Below are positions 1 through 7,967 of a stretch of DNA of 49,197 nt, in pieces (the first letter of the stretch is position 1; each line of letters starts with the position of its first letter). A model generated the notes under the pieces. It saw nothing but the letters and a program-made list of their open reading frames with translations. It did not search any database and was not told the origin of the DNA. A program made the translations under genes and the position numbers. This stretch comes from Candidatus Obscuribacteraceae bacterium (lineage in GTDB: Bacteria; Cyanobacteriota; Vampirovibrionia; Obscuribacterales; Obscuribacteraceae). The DNA lies in the NCBI GenBank assembly GCA_044229845.1, contig JBGASG010000017.1:1-49197 (forward strand). The letters are read 5' to 3'.

Positions 1-139
1 CCTGGCCGCACAGAACATCGCGAAGAAATGGACCATGCCGCTGCGGGACTGGGGCGCAGCAATGAATCAATTTTCAATAGAGTTCGCAGGAAGGATCGCG
101 CCGTGACTCAACCTTTGACACAAATCGATTGACAGATCC
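1..139 (+). mobile_element. Right end of an IS256-family element, with terminal inverted repeat at about 113-139
   Basis: The transposase tail is followed by TTTGACACAAATCGATTGACAGATCC, which resembles IS256 right ends (..ACACAAA....TGACAG.CC). The left end is outside the window, so the exact boundary is unverified. Confidence 0.7.
2..106 (+). CDS. IS256-family transposase, C-terminal fragment (cut by window edge)
   Basis: Frame 2 reads LAAQNIAKKWTMPLRDWGAAMNQFSIEFAGRIAP*, matching the typical IS256 transposase tail (L..I.KKWTMP...W..A.NQF...F..R). Confidence 0.85.
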   Translation: MAAQNIAKKWTMPLRDWGAAMNQFSIEFAGRIAP

Positions 140-911
140 GGCAACCGGACTTTCCGTAGCCGGCATGCTAATCGTCCGCAAACGCGTCGGCGTGGCGACG
201 TTGACAACCTATCATGAGGTAGCCGGCTATCTCCTCTCAGTAGTCGGAACTTTGTATGCCGTTTTGCTCGGTTTCATTATCGTCGAAGCCATGCAACACA
301 TCCAAGATTTACGTGTCCTTGCTGAAGACGAAGCCAGCGGTGTCGCAAACATTTTTCTGCTCTCCAACGGACTACCATCGGACACGCGAAACACACTGCG
401 CAGAGAATGTGTTTCGTACGCGGAAGCGGTGTCCTTTGATGAATGGCCGCAAATGGAGCGCGGTGCCTTCAGCCCCAAAGCGTTCGGCGCTTGCCGCGAC
501 CTTATAAGAACAATCACCGAATTCAAACCCCAGGACTCCCAACAAGAAGGCATCCAGAACCAGCTTCTCTCAGAAATCTGCGATATGTCCTCAAAACGCC
601 GCATCCGGATCGTCAACGCTGGTCATGGCATGTCGCCCATCATGTGGGTCGTGCTGATCAGCGGCGGTCTCTTTACCGTTCTCTTCACATACTTTTTCGC
701 GGTCACACAAGTTCGCGCCCAGATCCTGATGACCACACTTGTCTCGCTGACCCTCGCCCTCAATCTCTTCGTCCTCTCCATCCTAAACTGCCCATTCTCC
801 GGAGACCTTGGCGTGAAGCCAGACAGCTTCCGCCTGAACATAATTCTCTTCAAGCATTTCGACGATGCGGGGATTCCAACCAAGGAACAACTTCCGGAGA
901 AATTCAACTAA
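129..911 (+). CDS. DUF4239/bestrophin-like membrane protein, probably 5'-disrupted by the IS256
   Basis: Motifs VGTLYAVLLGF.IVE, E.EA, W..L..GG, L..PFSGDL.V.P..F and several TM segments. The TTG start lies inside the IS end; the next in-frame ATG is at 165. Confidence 0.7.
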   Translation: MTDPATGLSVAGMLIVRKRVGVATLTTYHEVAGYLLSVVGTLYAVLLGFIIVEAMQHIQDLRVLAEDEASGVANIFLLSNGLPSDTRNTLRRECVSYAEAVSFDEWPQMERGAFSPKAFGACRDLIRTITEFKPQDSQQEGIQNQLLSEICDMSSKRRIRIVNAGHGMSPIMWVVLISGGLFTVLFTYFFAVTQVRAQILMTTLVSLTLALNLFVLSILNCPFSGDLGVKPDSFRLNIILFKHFDDAGIPTKEQLPEKFN

Positions 912-928
912 ATCCCTACCGCGTTCCA

Positions 929-976
929 CTTAAGAGTAGAAACTGAATTGATATCAATTCAGTTTCTACTCTTAAG
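929..976. repeat. 48-bp perfect palindrome, longest copy of the dispersed AACTGAATTGATATCAATTCAGTT element
   Basis: CTTAAGAGTAGAAACTGAATTGAT|ATCAATTCAGTTTCTACTCTTAAG read directly from the sequence. Confidence 0.97.
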
Positions 977-1075
977 CTCCCATCAGTTCGGTATTCGCAC
1001 CAATTCTAAATTTTGCAATCGACATTGAACTTTTTTCGCTCGCTGTCCGTATACAAAATAAAGGAAGGGTGCTGT

Positions 1076-2236
1076 ATGTATGCGACAAAAGATCCCCGTA
1101 AATTACACTTGCGTGTTGCTGAAGAAAGCACTGAGCAAACACTTTGGGAGCACCTGGCTTGGTTTGCGCGCTCGTTTCCTACGGACGAAGATTGTTTGGA
1201 AGCGCTACTGATCGCGGCCAAGATAAACACTACTGACTGCCACCATTGTCATTCCGGAAGGATTGAGCGAGAGCATGGCTCAAGAACTGGAGTCTGCATT
1301 TCTTGCAATCGTGCTACCTATGTCACGGCTGGAACATTTTTCGATCACATGCGCAGGCCTCGTACCTGGTGGTGCGTCATTGTCACACTCGCCAGCAAAC
1401 TTAAGTTTAGCGCTAAATCACTCTGGGACTTCTTGGGTGGAAGCTACTTCACGATTTGGCGAGTTATTCAGAATGTGGCAAAGGCTATCGAAACGCAAAT
1501 GACTGAATTAACTCTTGCGATTGCCTCCGGCGAATTTCTGCCAGCAATTTGTCGCCGCAGCAAAGAAACCCCGAAAGGAACGCACCCGCGTGCGGAGGAA
1601 CAAGAAGCGCGAGACGGACAACCTAGAGAGGGCACTTTTTTTGACAACGGATCGCAAGCAAGAAGGTCGCAGCAAGAAGAAGAAGAAGAAGAAGAAGAAG
1701 TTGATGATGAGGCACACAAAGAAGCCCTTCCCTCAACAGCGATGGACGCGCCTGAACTCTCTTCTGATCTTGAGTCAGCAGTCGCCGCATCACTATCGAA
1801 TGCTAGTCCAACGAACTTTGAAACACTCTCCGTTCTCACTATGATCGATGCTCCCATGCTATCTGCCACACTAACATTAATGCAGTTGGCAGGCACTGTT
1901 GTGCGAGTCGGCGGAGACCATTTTATGCTCAGAAGAGGCTCCGCGGCGGGAGGCGCGAATGCCGTCGTACGCAGTTGCTGCCAAAGTCATCGCGATGAAG
2001 CAAAATCTATCATTGAGAAGATGATTGGGCACCTCAAGACAGTCCATCGCGGTATCAGTCGAAAGTATTTACAGCGATATGCGTGTTTATACTGGTGTCT
2101 GTACAGCCAAACGTGGACGCTGGAAAACATTTTGAGCGCTTGTATGGAAGTTGGCGAACTCGAAGACCTGCAGATAACTGAGTATGTTTCACCACTGGCA
2201 ATCAATGTTCTCGAATGCTCATCAGCGGCTTCGTAA
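1076..2236 (+). CDS. IS1595-transposase-derived protein: Zn ribbon, acidic linker, DprA-like winged helix, IS1595-like C-tail; no evident DDE core
   Basis: FPTDEDCLEAL..CHHC..CISC...VTAGTFFD at the N-terminus and HRGISRKYLQRY at the C-terminus. RBS AAGGAAGG at 1061-1068 favours ATG 1076 over the track start 1013. Confidence 0.7.
   Translation: MYATKDPRKLHLRVAEESTEQTLWEHLAWFARSFPTDEDCLEALLIAAKINTTDCHHCHSGRIEREHGSRTGVCISCNRATYVTAGTFFDHMRRPRTWWCVIVTLASKLKFSAKSLWDFLGGSYFTIWRVIQNVAKAIETQMTELTLAIASGEFLPAICRRSKETPKGTHPRAEEQEARDGQPREGTFFDNGSQARRSQQEEEEEEEEVDDEAHKEALPSTAMDAPELSSDLESAVAASLSNASPTNFETLSVLTMIDAPMLSATLTLMQLAGTVVRVGGDHFMLRRGSAAGGANAVVRSCCQSHRDEAKSIIEKMIGHLKTVHRGISRKYLQRYACLYWCLYSQTWTLENILSACMEVGELEDLQITEYVSPLAINVLECSSAAS
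1676..1699 (+). repeat. (GAA)8 trinucleotide repeat encoding poly-Glu
   Basis: Read directly from the sequence. Confidence 0.95.
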
Positions 2237-2545
2237 TCCGCATCACTATTTCATCGGCACCACATATAGTATCATCTACAGAGCGCCGCCCCACCAAAAT
2301 TCGGACTGAGAACTGTTGGGTTGGGTTGCCTTGTCAAGCCTAGAACACTGCTTGCAGAGATGTCTAAAATCCATGCTCCGCCCTTGGTGGTTGACTCGCA
2401 GGCGACAATGAGTGACCTTCGGTCCCTATGCGTCAGCCCGCATATCTCCTATACTAAAGTTGGTGCCGTCCTTTTAATAATTGCCTTCTCCGCAGTCTCA
2501 GGCTGGCAACAGCCGAAACTCCCAGTCCACAGTGTTAGTCAGCAA

Positions 2546-3295
2546 ATGATACGCATCCTCTTAGTCGATGACGACATCGACTTCTGCCACATTCTAAAGG
2601 AGTCGTTGGAAGCCGCTTCCGACAACTTGCGCTTGACTCACCTGGCACACGACACGGAAGACGCGGTCAGGCTGATAGATTACAGTCTGCACCTTTTCGA
2701 CTGCATCATCATGGACCTGGCTCTGCCTAGATCCGCAATCGATACTTTCATCGAGCGCGACTCGGGTTTGAAGTTACTGGGGTATTTGCGTGCCGGCAAA
2801 CGATTCGCCGGCAGCATCGTCATGCTAACCGCGTCTTGTGCCTTTGCAGACGGGAGAATGGCATTCGAATTAGGATGTGACGCTTATCTGACCAAGCCAC
2901 GCGAATTGGACGACCTAGTAGCGGCCCTGCAGGTCTGCATTGAGAAGCGCGTCATCGTTATGTCCCCCGAGATGAGGCACTTATTTGAGGCAGAGCAGAT
3001 TACGGCGCAGGAAGCTCGCTTGCTCGACATGCTCCTTGAAGGAGACACCTGGCCGGAAATAGCTCGAGCGCTCGGTTACAAGGATGGCAATTCCGCTTGT
3101 TCCGCGGCAGATCGCGCTTTCGACAAACTGCTCACCTGGCACGATCTAGCCTACGCCGCACCAGGGCTAAAAAAACGTCAGTTAGCGCTGCGCCTGTGGA
3201 AATGGCGCAATCGAGCGGCGCAAGACACTGCTGGTCTTTTGTCCGGAGAAGATCAACCCGAGATCTCTGAAACCGGCTCCACATTTTCAAACTAA
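2546..3295 (+). CDS. Response regulator (REC plus divergent LuxR-like HTH)
   Basis: MIRILLVDDD, IIMDLALP, MLTA, YLTKP, then ITAQEARLLDMLLEGDTWPEIARALG. ATG 2546 is preferred over the track start 2321. Confidence 0.8.
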   Translation: MIRILLVDDDIDFCHILKESLEAASDNLRLTHLAHDTEDAVRLIDYSLHLFDCIIMDLALPRSAIDTFIERDSGLKLLGYLRAGKRFAGSIVMLTASCAFADGRMAFELGCDAYLTKPRELDDLVAALQVCIEKRVIVMSPEMRHLFEAEQITAQEARLLDMLLEGDTWPEIARALGYKDGNSACSAADRAFDKLLTWHDLAYAAPGLKKRQLALRLWKWRNRAAQDTAGLLSGEDQPEISETGSTFSN

Positions 3296-3317
3296 CTTAT
3301 TTGATATCACTTGAGTT
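3294..3317. repeat. Degenerate copy of the dispersed palindrome (4 mismatches)
   Basis: AACTTATTTGATATCACTTGAGTT fills the gap between the convergent regulator and ppc stop codons. Confidence 0.7.
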
Positions 3318-6176
3318 TTAGCCGGTGCTTTGTAGCCCTTCGGCAACTCCATTTATGGACATGAGAACACAGTCGAGTAGAGTATCGCTGTTTGTGATTG
3401 CTTCGCCTGGTTCGGCAAATTTGACTTCTGCCTGATTGCGTTGTTGCCGCTCCCGCAATTCTTTGATGAACCGTACCTGTAAGTAACTGAGCGGATCGAC
3501 ATACGGATTACGCAATTCGATGGAGCGTTTGAGGAAGGGGTTATCAGCGAGTAGGTCCGAGCGTTCTGCGATCGATAGGATGCCTTCGCATGTGAGCTCG
3601 AAGTCCATTTCGATAGTGGGCAGAATGCGCTCTCTCAGCGCGGGCGAACAAAGTTGATCGGCATAGTATCGTGCTATGTCCATGTCGGCTATGGCTACAG
3701 CAGTTTCGACCTTGTCGATTAACCCGCGGAAGAAAGGCCAATCACGATACATTTCGCGCGCCACGGTTAGTGCATTGGCATCCTCGTTGACGATACGCCG
3801 CCAGGCGGTTCCCACGCCGTACCACGCGGGCAGCAGGAAACGGCTTTGAGTCCAAGCGAATATCCATGGAATGGCGCGCAAGTCATTGATCGAACGAGCA
3901 TTTCGTTTGCGGCTTGCCGGACGCGAACCCAGTCGCAACTGCCCGATTTCCGTAATCGGAGTGGTTTCGTAAAAGAAATCCACGAAGTCAGGATTTTCGT
4001 ATATGAGGGAACGAAACTCGTCAAACGCAAGCTGAGAAAAACGCTCCATTAGAGCGGTCCATGACTGATGCGCCTCTGAAATCGGCTGAGAATCGCTGGT
4101 GCTAGCCTGGATAACAGCGGACGCCAATCGATCGAATGTTCGGGCCGCGATACCGGGCAAAGCGTACTTGGAGGCAATCACCTCGCCCTGCTCGGTAATC
4201 TTGATGCGTCCGGTTACCGTTCCGGGCGGCTGGGCCAGAATTGCTCGATGAGTCGGTCCGCCGCCGCGCCCGATTGTGCCGCCACGTCCGTGAAACAGTC
4301 GCAACTCGATGTTGTACTCGCGAGCCAGACGCACCAGTTCTATCTGTGCTTTATATAGCTCCCAATTGGAAGCGACAATGCCGCCGTTCTTTCCGCTGTC
4401 GGAGTAGCCGATCATTATCTCCTGCACGTCATTTCTCGTTCGTAAGTAATTCCGATAGATGGCGTTGTCCAGCAGACTCTTGAATAAAACGGGCGCCCTT
4501 CGCAGATCGTCGATAGTTTCGAACAAAGGAACAATGCTCAACGCGCGCGTCGAACCTTCGACCGGCAAGGCTTCGTGCGAGTTGCGGGCGGTACGGCAAA
4601 GTCCAGTTTCTTTGGCAAAAAGCAAGATGACGAGCAGGTCGCTTGCTTGTTCAGTCATGCTGACGATGTATGTGTCCAGGGACTGCACGCCGTACAGATC
4701 CTGACTGGCAGCCACAGTTTGAAACACCCGTATCGTATCATTCGTTTCCGCCTCGAAAGTGAGCTTCGCGGGAATCAAGGGACGCATCGTCGTCAGTTCC
4801 TGATTTAGCCAGGCAACTCGATCAGGCTCGGAAAGGCTGGCATAACCGCCGGGAATCAAATCCAGGCTGCGAGTCAGATCGTCTAGAGCGGCTGAATGCC
4901 GCTGGCTGTGCTGTCGAACGTCAAGCTTGGCCAGATGAAATCCAAAGACGTCGACTGTGTAGATCAGTCGCTGCAATTGCGTCAAACTTGCCTGGCAGCC
5001 CGACTGCTGCAATGCCTTCAGCAAAAGCATAAGCTCGGCGCGCAATTCACTCGCCTGCGCATACGCGTGCTCGGCACCACTTACCGTGCTTTCCAGACGT
5101 TCCTGAATGACGAGCAACTTCTGCCTGAATGGTTCAAACACATATCGCTTTTCCAACTTCTCAGCGAGTTGCTTGTGTTCATGCATGTCTTCTTTGAGCG
5201 AGGCAAGCAAAGCATTATCGACGGGAAGCCAGTTGGCTGAATGACTAAGCTGACTGAACAACTTCTGAACATCCTGAATGTAGCGCTTCAGAATCAAAGA
5301 GCGATGGTATAGCAGCGTTTGCTCCGTAACCTCCGGAGTTACATAAGGATTGCCATCTCGGTCTCCCCCGATCCAGCTGCCGAAGGTGATGAAACGCCGT
5401 CCGCCTGCTGCTTGCTCCGGCGCCACTTCTGGCTGTAGGCGAGCAAATAGTTCCTCGTGTACATCCAGTACCGCGTCGATGATTACCTGGTCAAAGTGAG
5501 CCAGTCCATACTGAACCTCATCGAAAACTCTTGGCTTGAAGTAGATAACATGATCACTGAGCCAGAGAGCCTCAACAACGCCGTAAAGCCCTCGCTGCAC
5601 CTCTGACTGTTCGGAGCGCGTCAACGGAGGATGGTCCCTCTTTCGAAGGAAATGTGCCAGCGCCAATTGTTTGAGCAGCACAGTGCGTCGCGTAATCTCA
5701 GTCGGATGCGCCGTGAACACCACCTGCACATCCAGTTTTTCTACAGATGCACGGCCCGCATCCGCCAATGCGCCATTCTGTCCAAGGCGCAAGAAGAGCT
5801 CCTCCAGCGAGTCGGGTTGGGGCGGCTCACCTTCTCTACTTTCATGTTGCGCTCTCCGTCGCAAGCGATGATGTTGTTCTGCGATGTTGATCAAATCGAA
5901 ATAACAAAGGAATGCTTTTATTACTTTGCGTGCGATATCAAAATCAACCGTATCAATGAGCGCGAACAATTCACTTGCAATCTGGCTGTCATCGCGATTC
6001 TCATGGCGCTGTTTGCAGAGAATTCGAAATTTCTCCACAGCCGCAAACACCTCTTCGCCCTCTAGTCGGCGAATCGTCTCACCCAAAATGTTTCCCAGAT
6101 GCCTGACATCGTCACGCAAGGGTCTATTGGCTTCTACCAGTTCCCACTGCAGGGGCGTGCTGCGAGTTGTGTCCAT
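3318..6176 (-). CDS. ppc: Phosphoenolpyruvate carboxylase
   Basis: VFTAHPTE, GSWIGGDRDGNP, QEIMIGYSDSGKNGG, FHGRGGTIGRGGGP, LRAIPWIFAW, C-terminal GLQSTG. Confidence 0.97.
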   Translation of the reverse strand: MDTTRSTPLQWELVEANRPLRDDVRHLGNILGETIRRLEGEEVFAAVEKFRILCKQRHENRDDSQIASELFALIDTVDFDIARKVIKAFLCYFDLINIAEQHHRLRRRAQHESREGEPPQPDSLEELFLRLGQNGALADAGRASVEKLDVQVVFTAHPTEITRRTVLLKQLALAHFLRKRDHPPLTRSEQSEVQRGLYGVVEALWLSDHVIYFKPRVFDEVQYGLAHFDQVIIDAVLDVHEELFARLQPEVAPEQAAGGRRFITFGSWIGGDRDGNPYVTPEVTEQTLLYHRSLILKRYIQDVQKLFSQLSHSANWLPVDNALLASLKEDMHEHKQLAEKLEKRYVFEPFRQKLLVIQERLESTVSGAEHAYAQASELRAELMLLLKALQQSGCQASLTQLQRLIYTVDVFGFHLAKLDVRQHSQRHSAALDDLTRSLDLIPGGYASLSEPDRVAWLNQELTTMRPLIPAKLTFEAETNDTIRVFQTVAASQDLYGVQSLDTYIVSMTEQASDLLVILLFAKETGLCRTARNSHEALPVEGSTRALSIVPLFETIDDLRRAPVLFKSLLDNAIYRNYLRTRNDVQEIMIGYSDSGKNGGIVASNWELYKAQIELVRLAREYNIELRLFHGRGGTIGRGGGPTHRAILAQPPGTVTGRIKITEQGEVIASKYALPGIAARTFDRLASAVIQASTSDSQPISEAHQSWTALMERFSQLAFDEFRSLIYENPDFVDFFYETTPITEIGQLRLGSRPASRKRNARSINDLRAIPWIFAWTQSRFLLPAWYGVGTAWRRIVNEDANALTVAREMYRDWPFFRGLIDKVETAVAIADMDIARYYADQLCSPALRERILPTIEMDFELTCEGILSIAERSDLLADNPFLKRSIELRNPYVDPLSYLQVRFIKELRERQQRNQAEVKFAEPGEAITNSDTLLDCVLMSINGVAEGLQSTG

Positions 6177-6274
6177 TGCTCAACCTGATTAGCGCTCGCC
6201 ACTGTTTTACCAGATTTAGTGGCCTTGGTTGTCAGCAGAAGCTGGCGGCAGCAAAGGTCGCCCGACTCGGCAAT

Positions 6275-6304
6275 GAGAACTGAATTGATATCAATTCAGT
6301 TCTC
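6275..6304. repeat. Dispersed palindrome copy (30 bp perfect)
   Basis: GAGAACTGAATTGAT|ATCAATTCAGTTCTC. Confidence 0.97.
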
Positions 6305-6334
6305 GATACTGGCAGGCGGAGCCGCCTAATCTAG

Positions 6335-6541
6335 TCAGGCGGCATCCTGGCGTGGTTCGGCCAGATCGCCCACATAACGTTCGGTTTCCAGCGAACGCAC
6401 GACGTTGTCGCGTGCCTGTAGATAACTGAACAGGGTTTGGGAGCTACGCGGATCTAGAGCGACGACACCGATTTGCCACTCGGAATATAAGTCCAGAAGC
6501 TCAAGCAAGGTCATTTGAGATAAATTGACTTCGTATCGCAT
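6335..6541 (-). CDS. Small hypothetical protein (68 aa)
   Basis: Fills the gap in a same-strand gene run; GGAGG upstream (cctcc at 6556-6560). Confidence 0.55.
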   Translation of the reverse strand: MRYEVNLSQMTLLELLDLYSEWQIGVVALDPRSSQTLFSYLQARDNVVRSLETERYVGDLAEPRQDAA

Positions 6542-6597
6542 ATGCGCATTTCACGCCTCCTTTTGGGCAGACGTGAAAATTCAGCAAACGTGCCCGT

Positions 6598-7956
6598 TTA
6601 TTTCTTTTCGCCCCCTGGCTTGTGGCGCGGTTCTTTCTGACTATTCTTGTAATTGATAACTGCTTCAGATACATCCTTCATCGCCGACTGCAGCAATATG
6701 AACGTGAGGCTTTCGTAACTTGATTGCATCAGCTTGGTCGTGGCGTGGAGACTGCCCAGTAACTCCTCTGAGAGGTTCGCGGCTTCACGGTACTGGTCAG
6801 CTGCGTCTTCGAACTGCTGCTGCTCATAGTAGAGACGTCCGAGGTGGCTGCGCGTCGTAATGATGTTCGGATGCTTGCCGGAGTAGCGATCAACGAATAT
6901 CTTCAGCGCCTTTTGCAAGTTGGATTCTGCGCGGTCGAATTCGCCCAATCGCATCAGCAGCTGTCCCAGATTGGTCATGCACAAAGCCGTGTTGGGGTGA
7001 AACTCGCCAAAGCCCTCCAGGGAAACCGAAAGAGCTTCTTCATAAAAGGAACGCGCTTGCTCGGGCTGCCCCTTCATATGTTCTATTAGTCCCAAATTGT
7101 TTAAGCAGGCAAATGTTGACTGGTGGCAATTACCGAGCAATTGGCGCCGCAAGTTCAACGATTCCAGACAGAGCGCTTGCGCCTCTTCCAGCCGCCCCTG
7201 GCGACGATATAGCTCGCCCAGATTGTTCAAGCTGACGGCGAGACGATAGCGTCCCACCGATTGGCGTGAGCGGTGGATTTCCATGGCCTCGAGCAACAAA
7301 GCTTCCGCTTCGTCGAATCGTTGCTGCATAGCTAGAATCATTGCCTGCGTTTGAAACACATTGGCCCGTATCGACCAATCCGGCGTCACCATCTTGTCGG
7401 CGGCGAACAACGCCATCTGCGCGTGCACCTCTGCATCGTCCAGTTTCCCCTGCTGGCAAAGGCACGATGCCAGGTTGTCTTCGCAGATGGCGTTGAGAAC
7501 GTGCCCGTCCCCCAGCCAAATCAGGTATGTATCGAGCAACTGTCGGTAGACGCTCTCAGCTTTTTCCGCATGTCCTTGTTGCATGTATAGCGTTGCCAGG
7601 TTGTTGAGGACCTTGGCGATGCCCGCCAGATCGCCGCCGGCGCAGAGCTTGTAGCAGCGCAGCGCCTTGTGATAATGCCATTCGGCATCGGAAAGGCGAC
7701 CCAGAGCCTGCTTAACCAGTCCGACATTGTTGTGGGAAAGGGCAATGCGCACATCATCCGCAGGTAACCCAACACAAGCGTTCATTGCCTCCCAGAAAGC
7801 ATCATGGGACTCCTCAAACCAACCTTGGGCGTAAGCCTTGCGACCTCGACTGAAAAATTTTTCCCAGTTGGATTTCTGAGCCATTTGTTTTGTGCGGTCG
7901 CGATTTGCTGTCTCGGTTGCGATTTGCTTTTCGGCTGCGAGTTGCTTTTCGGTCAC
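6598..7956 (-). CDS. Tetratricopeptide repeat protein (kinesin-light-chain-like TPRs)
   Basis: Repeated A.SLNNLG.LY..QG...EA motifs with G..HP spacers. Confidence 0.9.
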   Translation of the reverse strand: MTEKQLAAEKQIATETANRDRTKQMAQKSNWEKFFSRGRKAYAQGWFEESHDAFWEAMNACVGLPADDVRIALSHNNVGLVKQALGRLSDAEWHYHKALRCYKLCAGGDLAGIAKVLNNLATLYMQQGHAEKAESVYRQLLDTYLIWLGDGHVLNAICEDNLASCLCQQGKLDDAEVHAQMALFAADKMVTPDWSIRANVFQTQAMILAMQQRFDEAEALLLEAMEIHRSRQSVGRYRLAVSLNNLGELYRRQGRLEEAQALCLESLNLRRQLLGNCHQSTFACLNNLGLIEHMKGQPEQARSFYEEALSVSLEGFGEFHPNTALCMTNLGQLLMRLGEFDRAESNLQKALKIFVDRYSGKHPNIITTRSHLGRLYYEQQQFEDAADQYREAANLSEELLGSLHATTKLMQSSYESLTFILLQSAMKDVSEAVINYKNSQKEPRHKPGGEKK

Positions 7957-7967
7957 CCAGTTAAGTA

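Noticed and set aside
115..160. IS256-derived hybrid promoter from TTGACA at 115 and 129
   Set aside because: No credible -10 hexamer lies 16-18 bp downstream of either box.
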